In this document: positions 19,185-34,721 of the stretch, one piece after another | How the letters are laid out: each line of letters begins with the position of its first letter | Numbering within the stretch: position 1 is the first letter of the stretch | NCBI GenBank assembly: GCA_963848295.1 | Contig: CAWKDB010000011.1 | Location: 352,001-416,000, forward strand | Direction of reading: 5' to 3' | DNA: 64,000 nt | From: an uncultured delta proteobacterium | Lineage (GTDB): Bacteria > Myxococcota_A > Polyangia > Haliangiales > Haliangiaceae | Program-made: the position numbers and the translations under genes | The notes under the pieces: model-generated | The model's database searches: none | Told to the model about the DNA's origin: nothing | What the model saw: only the letters and a program-made list of their open reading frames with translations

Positions 19185-19798
19185 TAGTTTCCTGAGGTGG
19201 CAGAGGTCTGTCGTTCGAGGTTGTCGCTACCAGGTGAGGCGCTCGACAATGCGAGGGCGACGCCGAAGCCACCGTCGCTGGCCAACGCGACCTCCGCACT
19301 CGGGCGCACGCGAAAGTGTGCGTTGCCGACGTTGAAGCCGAGGCGAGGCACGACCACCGCTGTGTTCGCGTTGAGATCCTCGGTGTCGATCATCGCGCTG
19401 CCGACCGCTGTCAGATGTTCGTGGCGGGCGCCGACATCGACACCGAGGAAGAAGCATGCGATCGAGTGCGCGCTGCAGATCGGCCCTTCGATACCGACGC
19501 GGGCCTCGACGTAGTCGTTCGAGGTCGGGTAGCTCTCGTCGTCGAGGTTTGTCATCCCGCCGATCGCGAGCAAAGCGTGAGCCCAGGCGTGCGAGTTGCC
19601 GACCCGGAACCCGCCTTCGATCTCGAACGCGCCGTAAAGCCCGCCACCGGCGTCGCTGTGAACGCCGCCGAGCACGACGCCACCGCCGACGTACGACGCA
19701 GGCTCTTCGGTGATCGCAGCGACGAGACCAGGAAGCTGCGCAGCCGCGACGCCACATGTGGCGGCGACTACCAAGCTAACGACCGACGCTTGCCGCAT
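19184..19798 (-). CDS. Tandem paralog of 18636..19184 with a probable 1-nt deletion near the C-terminus
   Basis: Shares YGAFE.EGG.R.G, SNDY..AR.G.E.P.CSA and HFRVRP.AEVA with its neighbour. A cryptic ...ACC TGG TAG end at 19227-19235 is out of frame by one base. Confidence 0.6.
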   Translation of the reverse strand: MRQASVVSLVVAATCGVAAAQLPGLVAAITEEPASYVGGGVVLGGVHSDAGGGLYGAFEIEGGFRVGNSHAWAHALLAIGGMTNLDDESYPTSNDYVEARVGIEGPICSAHSIACFFLGVDVGARHEHLTAVGSAMIDTEDLNANTAVVVPRLGFNVGNAHFRVRPSAEVALASDGGFGVALALSSASPGSDNLERQTSATSGN

Positions 19799-19810
19799 GA
19801 CCTGACCACC

Positions 19811-19826
19811 AGCAATGGTCGGACCA
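19811..19826 (-). promoter_or_regulatory. Putative sigma54 -24/-12 promoter
   Basis: Minus strand TGGTCCGACCATTGCT (GG-N10-GC, with TTGC). ATG 19798 lies 14 nt after the -12 C. Confidence 0.55.
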
Positions 19827-19958
19827 AGGTCTAACTGGCTGCGATCCGGTCGCTCGCGCTGATCACAGAGCGCCGAAGTCTGACATTCGTGTCGGCGCGC
19901 GTCGGAAAACCAGGGGCGAGCGATTGCCCCACCGTGCCGCTTCTCGCCGAGGTCGCGA

Positions 19959-20795
19959 TCAGCTGGCGCGCGACACGAGCGCGACGATCTGATCGTGAAG
20001 CACGCCGTTACTTGCCAACGCAGCGCCGCGCTCGAGTACGAGTGGCTCGCCGCGCCAACCGGTGCACTTGCCGCCGGCTTCCTCGACGAGCAACGAGCCC
20101 GCCGCGAGATCCCACGGCTTGAGCTTCATCTCCCAATAACCGTCGAACGTGCCGGTCGCGACCATCGCGAGATCGAGCGCCGCCGAGCCGTAGCGCCGCA
20201 CGCCGCGGACCTTGAGCTTGACCGCCATGAACTGCGCGAAGTTGTTGTCGGGCGACGTCGCGCGATCCGACGGGAAGCCGGTGCCGAGCACGGCGCGGTC
20301 GAGCGCCGCGGTGTCGGAGACCGCGAGCTTGTTGCCGTTGCAGAACGCGCCGCCGCCGCGCACCGCGGTGAACGTCGCGCCGAGCACCGGCGCGTGGACC
20401 ACGCCGACATCGACTCTGCCGTTCACCGAGCGCGCGATCGCGACGCAGAAGAACGGCAGGCCGTGCGCGAAGTTCGTCGTGCCGTCGAGCGGATCGACGT
20501 ACCAGATCGCGCCGTCGCGATCGCCGTCTTGCCCGCCGCCCTCTTCCGCGATCACGCGATCCCCGGGAAACGCACCGCCGAGCCGATCGACGAGCAGGGC
20601 TTCGGACCGGCGGTCGAAGTCGGTGACGAGGTCGAACTCGCCGGCTTTCGTCGCGGCGCGCTGGCGCAACCCGAGCAGCGCGGCCGGGCCACCGGCAAAT
20701 CCACTAGCCAGTAACGCGCCCGCCTCCCGCGCGGCGGCTACAGCGACCTCGAGCGCGCGCTGCGGATCGGCGATGGTCGGCACGGGCGCGGACAT
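19959..20795 (-). CDS. suhB: Inositol monophosphatase family protein
   Basis: DLVT, IAEE, WYVDPLDGTTNFAHG, RRYGSAALDL, WDLAAG. Divergent from the lipid cluster. Confidence 0.9.
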   Translation of the reverse strand: MSAPVPTIADPQRALEVAVAAAREAGALLASGFAGGPAALLGLRQRAATKAGEFDLVTDFDRRSEALLVDRLGGAFPGDRVIAEEGGGQDGDRDGAIWYVDPLDGTTNFAHGLPFFCVAIARSVNGRVDVGVVHAPVLGATFTAVRGGGAFCNGNKLAVSDTAALDRAVLGTGFPSDRATSPDNNFAQFMAVKLKVRGVRRYGSAALDLAMVATGTFDGYWEMKLKPWDLAAGSLLVEEAGGKCTGWRGEPLVLERGAALASNGVLHDQIVALVSRAS

Positions 20796-20833
20796 TGGCA
20801 CGATCTGGCACCCCGGGGGACCCCGTGATCCGT

Positions 20834-20847
20834 CTTCCATCTGGAAG
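20834..20847. promoter_or_regulatory. Palindrome in the divergent IMPase/cluster promoter
   Basis: CTTCCA-TC-TGGAAG, flanked by two CGTGAT copies, in a 77-bp intergenic region. Confidence 0.35.
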
Positions 20848-20872
20848 GGGCTTCGTGATACGCCCCCCGGCG

Positions 20873-21844
20873 ATGAACGTCCTGGTTACCGGCGGTAACG
20901 GTTTCATCGGCTCGGTCGTGGTGCGCACCCTCGTGGCCGAAGGCCATAAGGTCCGTTGCCTGCTCAGGGAAACCAGCAAGACCGACCGGCTCGATGGCGT
21001 CACCTACGAACGCGCCATCGGCGACGTTCGTGACGCTGCTTCGATCACCGAAGCAGCCTCCGGCTGCGACGCGATCATCCATCTCGCGAGCCTGTCGGCC
21101 TGGGACCAGATCGACTCGCCCCTGATGGACGAGGTGGTCGAGGGCGGCACCCGCAACGTGCTCGCTACCGCCAAGGCAACGCCGGGGACGCGGGTCGTGT
21201 TCGTGTCGAGCATCCTCGCGGTCAACGGCTCGGATCGGCCGAAACAGTTCGACGAGGCGTCGGTCTGGACCGTGCCCGACGCGCACCTCAAGTACTCGCG
21301 CTGCAAGCGCCGCGCGGAGGCGATGTGCATGGCCGCGGTCCGCGAAGGCGTGCCGGTCATCATCGTCAACCCGGGCGAGGTCTACGGGCCGAACGATACC
21401 GCGCTGATCACCGCCTGCAACCTGATCGACTTCGCGAAGAGCAAGCCCGTGTTGGTGTGCAGCGGCGGCACGTCGGTCGTGTACATCGACGACGTCGCAC
21501 TCGCGATCGTGCGCGCGCTCGAGAAGGGCCGCGTCGGCGAGCGCTACATCCTCGGCGGCGACAACCTCAGCGTGCAGGACCTCGCGAAGCTGTCGCTCGA
21601 GCTGCTCGGCCAGAAGAAGACGATCCTCAAGGTGCCGAACGCGGTGATCAAAGCGATCGCGACGATCGGGACCAGGTTTCGCCTGCCGCTGCCGTTCAAC
21701 GCCCACGTCATCCCCTACGCCACGAAGTACTGGTTCATGTCGAACGCGAAGGCGAAGCGCGAGCTCGGGGTCGAGTTCCGCTCGGCGCGCGAGACGCTCG
21801 GTCCCACGCTCGACTGGCTGCGCCAGACCGGGAGGATCTCGTGA
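20873..21844 (+). CDS. Extended SDR / NAD-dependent epimerase-dehydratase (DFR/HpnA-like reductase)
   Basis: VLVTGGNGFIG, HLAS, YSRCK (YxxxK), NPGEVYGP, GERYILGG. Confidence 0.88.
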   Translation: MNVLVTGGNGFIGSVVVRTLVAEGHKVRCLLRETSKTDRLDGVTYERAIGDVRDAASITEAASGCDAIIHLASLSAWDQIDSPLMDEVVEGGTRNVLATAKATPGTRVVFVSSILAVNGSDRPKQFDEASVWTVPDAHLKYSRCKRRAEAMCMAAVREGVPVIIVNPGEVYGPNDTALITACNLIDFAKSKPVLVCSGGTSVVYIDDVALAIVRALEKGRVGERYILGGDNLSVQDLAKLSLELLGQKKTILKVPNAVIKAIATIGTRFRLPLPFNAHVIPYATKYWFMSNAKAKRELGVEFRSARETLGPTLDWLRQTGRIS

Positions 21845-23757
21845 AGCCCGAGCTCGTTCGCGATGACTGCCACCCGACCGCGCCGGTCGCGCACGCGCCT
21901 GCGATGCCGCGGCGCCCGATGACGGCGACCAACCCGAAGACGCTGCTCGATGCGCTCGAGCAGTGCCATCTCGTCGGCGACGTGCGCGGCTACGCGTTCG
22001 TCGCCGCCGACGGCAGCGAGACGATCTACGGGTTCAGGAGGCTCGTCGAAGAGGCGCGCAAGCGCGGTCGGCAGCTCGCCGGCATGGGCCTGCGCAAGGG
22101 CGATCGCGTCGCGCTCGTCATCCCCGATGCGACCGAGTTCGTGCTGACGTTCCTCGGCGCGGTCACCGCCGGCATCGTGCCGGTGCCGCTCTATCCGCCG
22201 CTGTCGCTCGGGCGGCTCGACGCGTATCTCGGCGGCATGGTCCGCACGCTCAACGCGGCGGCCGTCGATCTCGTGATCGCGACCGCGCAGGTACAAAAGG
22301 TCTTGTGGTCGGTGATGCCGCGGGTCCCGACCGCGCGCGATCTGATCACGGTGGAAGATCTCGCGTCGCGCGCCGAGTCCCCCGCGCCGGCGCCCGAGAT
22401 CGTGCCCACCGACCCGGTGTTCCTGCAGTTCACCTCGGGCTCGACCTCGACGCCGAAGGGCGTCGTCGTCACCCACGCTAGCCTGTGCGCGAACGGGATC
22501 GGGATCATGTTCCCCGGCCTGGAGATCGATCCGGAGACCGACAAGGCGGTCTCGTGGCTGCCGCTCTATCACGACATGGGCCTGATCGGCTTCGTGCTCG
22601 CGCCGCTGATCGCGACGCTGCCGGCGGTGTTCATGCCGACGCTGTCGTTCGTGAAACGGCCGACGCTGTGGATGGACGTGATCGATCGCCACCGCGGCAC
22701 GATCACGTTCGCGCCGAACTTCGCGTTCGCGCGACTGACCAAGCGCGCGAGCGACGCCGATCTCGCGAAGTGGGATCTGTCGTGCGTGCGCACCATGGGC
22801 TGCGGCGCCGAGCCGATCCACGCCGGCACGATGCGCGCGTTCCTCGATAAGTTCGCCGCCGCGAAGCTCGCATCGAACGTCTTGCTGCCGTGCTACGGCA
22901 TGGCCGAAGCGACGCTCGCGATGAGCTTCGTGCCGCTCGCCGCGGAGCTCCACGTCGACGCGATCGATCCCGACGCGTGCTACGCGGAGCGCAAGGCGGT
23001 GCCGGCGACCGCGCTCGGCGCGCTCGAGCTGGTGTCGTGCGGCAAGCCGTTCCCCGGCCACGAGCTCGGCATCTTCGACGACAACCATCACAAGCTCGGC
23101 GAGCGCCAGATCGGCGAGATCCGGTTCCGCGGACCATCTGTCGCCGCCGGGTACTTCCGCAACGCGGAAGTGTCCGCGAACGTGTTTCGCAGCGATGGCT
23201 GGCTGTGCACCGGCGACCTCGGCTACCTCGCCGACGGCAACCTGTACATCTCGGGTCGCAAGAAGGACATCCTGATCGTCCACGGCCGCAACTACTACCC
23301 GCAAGGGATCGAGTGGCTGGTCGAGGATGTCGCGGGCGTGCGCAAGGGCAACGTCGTCGTGTTCTCGGTGCCTGGGGCGACGTCCGAGGAGGTCGTCGTG
23401 GTCGCCGAGACGTCGGAGGCCGACGCCGACAAGCGCAAGCAGATCGCCCACGCGATCAAGGCGCACGTGTCGGAGGACATGTCGCTCGTCGTCGGGGACG
23501 TCACGCTGCTCGGCGTCGGCGAGCTGCCGAAGACGACGTCCGGCAAGGTCCAGCGCCAGAAGACGCGCACCGACTACCTCGCCGGCTCGCTCGGCAAAGA
23601 GGGCGTACGCAGCCTGTCATCGGGCGCGCAGAAGCTCGCGCTCGCGAGGCACGTCGCGGCGAGCTTCGTGTCGCGCGTTCGTCACACCGTCGGTACGCGA
23701 CTCGGCCTCGGCTGGCTCGCCAAGGCAAAGCCGGCTCCTGATCTGGAGGATCGCTAA
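21841..23757 (+). CDS. Fatty acyl-AMP ligase (FAAL)
   Basis: LQFTSGSTSTPKGV, SWLPLYHDMGLIG, APNFAF, PCYGMAEATL, TGDLG, GRKKD, PKTTSGK. The start could be slightly downstream. Confidence 0.92.
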   Translation: MKPELVRDDCHPTAPVAHAPAMPRRPMTATNPKTLLDALEQCHLVGDVRGYAFVAADGSETIYGFRRLVEEARKRGRQLAGMGLRKGDRVALVIPDATEFVLTFLGAVTAGIVPVPLYPPLSLGRLDAYLGGMVRTLNAAAVDLVIATAQVQKVLWSVMPRVPTARDLITVEDLASRAESPAPAPEIVPTDPVFLQFTSGSTSTPKGVVVTHASLCANGIGIMFPGLEIDPETDKAVSWLPLYHDMGLIGFVLAPLIATLPAVFMPTLSFVKRPTLWMDVIDRHRGTITFAPNFAFARLTKRASDADLAKWDLSCVRTMGCGAEPIHAGTMRAFLDKFAAAKLASNVLLPCYGMAEATLAMSFVPLAAELHVDAIDPDACYAERKAVPATALGALELVSCGKPFPGHELGIFDDNHHKLGERQIGEIRFRGPSVAAGYFRNAEVSANVFRSDGWLCTGDLGYLADGNLYISGRKKDILIVHGRNYYPQGIEWLVEDVAGVRKGNVVVFSVPGATSEEVVVVAETSEADADKRKQIAHAIKAHVSEDMSLVVGDVTLLGVGELPKTTSGKVQRQKTRTDYLAGSLGKEGVRSLSSGAQKLALARHVAASFVSRVRHTVGTRLGLGWLAKAKPAPDLEDR

Positions 23758-24651
23758 ATGGGTTCGACGCAGAAAGATATCGAAGTCTCGTACGACGTCG
23801 ACAACGAGTTCTTCCGGCTGTGGCTCGACGAGCGCATGAACTACACGTGCGGCTTGTTCGAACCGGCGGACCTGGCGATCAAGACCCCGCCCGGCGCGAA
23901 GCCGGCAGGTAGCCTCGAGAAGGCGCAGCTCAAGAAGCTCGGCTGGCTCGCCGACGCCGCGCACGTGCGGCCCGAAGCCAAGCTGCTCGACATCGGCTGC
24001 GGCTGGGGCGCGAACCTCGAGTTCCAGACCACGTCGCGCGGCGTCAAGGAAGCGCACGGCATCACGCTGTCGACCGCGCAGGCGAACGAGATCGCGGCGC
24101 GCAAGCTGCCCGGCGTCACCGCGAGCGTCGTGTCCTACCTCGACTACCAGCCGACCGTGAAGTTCGACTCGGTGATCTCGATCTGCATGATGGAGCACAT
24201 CTGCGCGCCCGAGGAAGCTCGCGCGGGCAAGCAGGTCGACATGTATCGCAACTACTTCCGGCTCGCCCACGAGTGGACGAACCCCGGCGCGCACTTCGGT
24301 CTGCAGACGATCCTGCGCAACCGCGTGCCGCGCATAAAACAGGACATCCGCGACATCGGCTGGCTGACCTACACGATCTTCCCGGGCGGGATCTCGCTGC
24401 GCCTCGAGGACGTGATCGCGGCGGTCAACCCGTACTGGGAGGTCATCGAGGTCCAGACGCGGCGCGAGCACTACGGCCGCACCTGCGAGCACTGGCGGTC
24501 GCGGCTGCGCGATCACAAGGAACTGATCGAGCAGCGCTGGAGCCCGCAGCTATTTGCCGACTACGACCGTTATCTGTCGACCTGCGTCCGCGGGTTCGAG
24601 ATGCACTATCAATCGTTGGCGCAGTACTCGCTGCGCCGGATCGACGCGTAA
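23758..24651 (+). CDS. Cyclopropane-fatty-acid/mycolic-acid synthase family SAM methyltransferase
   Basis: YDVDNEFFRLWLDERMNYTCG, LDIGCGWG, GITLS, MMEH, IFPGG, HYGRTCEHW; 297 aa. Confidence 0.88.
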   Translation: MGSTQKDIEVSYDVDNEFFRLWLDERMNYTCGLFEPADLAIKTPPGAKPAGSLEKAQLKKLGWLADAAHVRPEAKLLDIGCGWGANLEFQTTSRGVKEAHGITLSTAQANEIAARKLPGVTASVVSYLDYQPTVKFDSVISICMMEHICAPEEARAGKQVDMYRNYFRLAHEWTNPGAHFGLQTILRNRVPRIKQDIRDIGWLTYTIFPGGISLRLEDVIAAVNPYWEVIEVQTRREHYGRTCEHWRSRLRDHKELIEQRWSPQLFADYDRYLSTCVRGFEMHYQSLAQYSLRRIDA

Positions 24652-24663
24652 GGGAGTAACGAT

Positions 24664-24915
24664 ATGACCGCCAAGCCGATCGACATCATCAAGCTATTCA
24701 CCGAGGCCGCGTTCGAGGCCGACGGCCGCACGCTCGAAGGGCTCACGCTCGACAGCAAGTTCTCCGAGCTCGCGATGGACTCGGTCGCCGTGATGGAGAC
24801 CATCGGCGTGTTCGAGAATCGGCTCTCGATCCGGTTCAACGACGACGATCTGTCGCGGCTGACGACGCTGCGCGATCTCGAGGCGCTGGTCTCCAAGTCG
24901 GTCAAAGCGGCATAA
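24664..24915 (+). CDS. Acyl carrier protein
   Basis: 83 aa, acidic, with LAMDSVAVME phosphopantetheine-Ser motif. Confidence 0.88.
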   Translation: MTAKPIDIIKLFTEAAFEADGRTLEGLTLDSKFSELAMDSVAVMETIGVFENRLSIRFNDDDLSRLTTLRDLEALVSKSVKAA

Positions 24916-24920
24916 CGCCC

Positions 24921-25729
24921 ATGGCTGTCTCCCGCGCCACGTCTGAAAAGCTGTACCGCGAGTACATGACCTTCTTCGAGAAAGCGGAGAAGCATCGCCG
25001 GTGGAGCATCTTCGACGACATCCCGTGGGACAAGCTCGCGTCGTGCCCGAAGGATCCGGTGCTCGCGCTGTGCGCCGAGACGTTCTGCGGCGTCGAGATG
25101 TACCTGCCGGACTACGTCGGTCAGGGCATCAACGTGATGCGCGAGAACTTCGGCACGGCGTGGTTCATGGCGAACTGGGGCTACGAGGAGTCGAAGCACT
25201 CGCTCGCGCTGCGCGAATATCTCGTGCGCACCGGCCAGCGTACGACCGATCAGATCTACGACTACGAGCAGTCGATCCTGACGAAGAAGTGGTCGCTGCC
25301 GTTCCCGACCGCGCGCCAGATGTCGGCGTACGGGATGATCCAAGAGCTGACGACGTACGTGTTCTACAAGAAGCACAAGCAGCTCGCGCTCGACAAGGGC
25401 GACGACCTGCTCGCGGCGATCTACGGGCTCGTCTCGCGCGACGAGATCGCGCACTTCGGGTTCTACGCGTCGGTGTCGCGCGTGCTGCTCGAAGAGGACG
25501 CCGAGGGCATGAAGCGCGACCTCGCGCACGTGTTCCGCCACTTCACGATGCCCGCGTATGACCTGGTGCCGGACTACGGCGATCGCGTCGAGCTCATGCG
25601 CCAGGCCGGCATGGATCGCGGCGCGTTCGTGCGCGAGGTCTGGTTGCCCGTGTTGAAGGCGATCGGCCTGACCCGCGGCGAGCTCGTCGGTTACGATCGC
25701 CGCGATCCTGCGGTACCCGAAGCTCGCGC

Positions 25730-25733
<4 letters not shown>
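24921..25733 (+). CDS. Soluble acyl-ACP desaturase family diiron protein
   Basis: VEMYLPDY, EESKH, QELTT, RDEIAH, FTMP. Adjacent to the ACP. Confidence 0.87.
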
Positions 25734-32768
<7,035 letters not shown>

Positions 32769-32788
<20 letters not shown>

Positions 32789-33638
32789 CGATCGCGCTCT
32801 GTTGCTCTACGAGCGCTCGCTCGCTGGCCAGTGGAACGCCGATCGCGGCGTCGACTGGGCGCAGTCGACCGAGGTCGCGACGCCGGAGATCGATGCGGCC
32901 CGCAAGCGGTTGATCAACGAGCTGTACTGGTCGGAGCGCGAGTCGCTGTGGACCGTGAAGCGGATGAACGAGCCGATCCGCAAGTACTTCGACGACCACA
33001 ACTTCTCGCTGTGCGCCGCGGCTCACACGTTCGATGAGGCCCGCCACGTCTACGTGCTCGAGCGCTATTGCCGGCAGATCGGTGGGCTCGGCGAGTGCCC
33101 GCAACTGTGGTCGGTGATCACGCGCGTCGCCGACATGATGGGCACGAACGTCGTCAACTACTTCTATTCGATCCTCGTCAGCGAGACGCTCGGCGAGGTC
33201 CTGTTCGCGATGCTGCGCAAGTCGGCGGGCGATCAGCTGCTCAAGGACATCTGCGAGAACGCGCTGCGCGACGAAGCGCGGCACATCGCGTACGTCACCG
33301 AGGCACTTCGCCGCATTCACCCGAAGCTGTCGCGTTTTGCCAAAGTTCGCACGGGGCTCACGCTGCGCGCGATGCTGTACTTCGGGCTACGCAGCTTGCA
33401 ACGCACCCAGGTCGATGCCGAGACGCTCGGTGTGTCGAGCGATGCCTACCTCGATTCGTTCGAGCGCAAGCTGTGCGCGAGCATCCGGCGCGCTGGCGTC
33501 GAGGATGTGCTGTCGCCTGCAGGCGTTCATTCGATCGTCGCGCGCTTCCGCAAGCGGTCCGGCGACATCGTCACCGCCAGCTCGATCGACGAGATGACCG
33601 CGCTCGAAGACGGGCCCTCGCTCCGCGCCCCCAACTGA
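32769..33638 (+). CDS. Ferritin-like diiron protein
   Basis: E...DEARH motif twice. Overlaps the PKS stop. Confidence 0.8.
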
Positions 33639-33711
33639 TAAAGATCACCTCACCAGATCATCGCGTTAACTGCCGCTTGACTTGAAAGCGGCGAAAGCGA
33701 ATATCCGCGCC

Positions 33712-34650
33712 ATGCCTCTGTTCAAACGCCCCGATGGAACGCTCGTTCGTGACGAATCGAAGGTTCGTCGGATGATCCCGTACCTGATGCGCGGCCGGAA
33801 CGAGAGCGCGGTCTATCACGAGCAGAACCTCGACGTGACCAAGACCCGGCCGTGGCTGCGTTCGTACAACCGCGCGCATCCCGACGCCGCCGCGACGATG
33901 TTTCATCTGATGATGGCGGCGGTCGCCGAGTCGCTGCACGAGAGGCCCGGGATGAACCGGTTCATCGCCGGCGGTAAGATCTACCAGCGCGAGCACGTCG
34001 ATCTGTCGTTCGCGGCGAAGAAGGCGATGGAAGCGACCGCGCCGATGGTGACCGTCAAGCTGCGGTTCCCGCGCAACGAGCCGTTCACCATCGTGTGCAA
34101 GCGGATCGCCGAGGCGGTCGCGGACGCGCGCACCGATCGGATCACCTCGGTCGACAAGGAGCTCGCGCTCGCGCTCGCCCTGCCCGGGCCGATGCTGCGC
34201 GGCGTGATGGCGACGCTGCGCGGCCTCGACACGCTGAACCTCATGCCGGGCGCGATGATCAAGACCGACCCCATGTACGCCTCGGCGTTCATCGCGAACC
34301 TCGGTTCGCTCGGCCTCGACAACACCTATCATCACCTCTACGAGTACGGCACGATCGGGCTGTTCGGCGCGATCGGCACGACGAAGAAGGCGCAAGTGCT
34401 CGGCGCCGACGGCAAGCCGACGGTGCGCGATGTCTCGCAGATCCGGTGGACGTTCGACGAGCGCGTCAACGACGGCTTCTACGCAGCGTCGGCAATCAAG
34501 CAGGCCGGCCGGATCATCGAAGATCCGGAGCGGTTCTTCGGCGTCCCCCAGGAGGCTGGAGAGCCTGCCTACTGGCGAGATGAACGCGGTTCGACCTCCG
34601 CCACGCCCGCCAAGCGTAAGAGCGACAACTACGGTGTCAGCCAGGCATAA
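33712..34650 (+). CDS. Stand-alone 2-oxoacid-dehydrogenase E2-like (CAT-fold) acyltransferase domain protein
   Basis: RPGMNRFIAG, NLGSLG, and TFDERVNDG at the position of the usual DHRxxDG motif. No lipoyl domain. Confidence 0.7.
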   Translation: MPLFKRPDGTLVRDESKVRRMIPYLMRGRNESAVYHEQNLDVTKTRPWLRSYNRAHPDAAATMFHLMMAAVAESLHERPGMNRFIAGGKIYQREHVDLSFAAKKAMEATAPMVTVKLRFPRNEPFTIVCKRIAEAVADARTDRITSVDKELALALALPGPMLRGVMATLRGLDTLNLMPGAMIKTDPMYASAFIANLGSLGLDNTYHHLYEYGTIGLFGAIGTTKKAQVLGADGKPTVRDVSQIRWTFDERVNDGFYAASAIKQAGRIIEDPERFFGVPQEAGEPAYWRDERGSTSATPAKRKSDNYGVSQA

Positions 34651-34721
34651 GGCAAGGGGTGGCACGCCCTTGTTTGCCACCTGATGTTCTGAGTAATGTT
34701 CGCCCCCACGACCCCCGACCG

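Noticed and set aside
20796..20811. sigma54 promoter TGGCACGATCTGGCA for the cluster
   Set aside because: GG-to-GC spacing is 9, not the required 10.
33712..34650. Pyruvate or 2-oxoglutarate dehydrogenase E2 subunit
   Set aside because: No lipoyl or E3-binding domain, no E1/E3 neighbours, and the catalytic His is replaced.
34651..34680. sigma54 promoter or terminator between the E2-like and GH3 genes
   Set aside because: TGGCAC-N4-TTGT lacks the -12 GC. The GTGGCA...TGCCAC hairpin has no U-tract, so at most it is an mRNA-stability hairpin.
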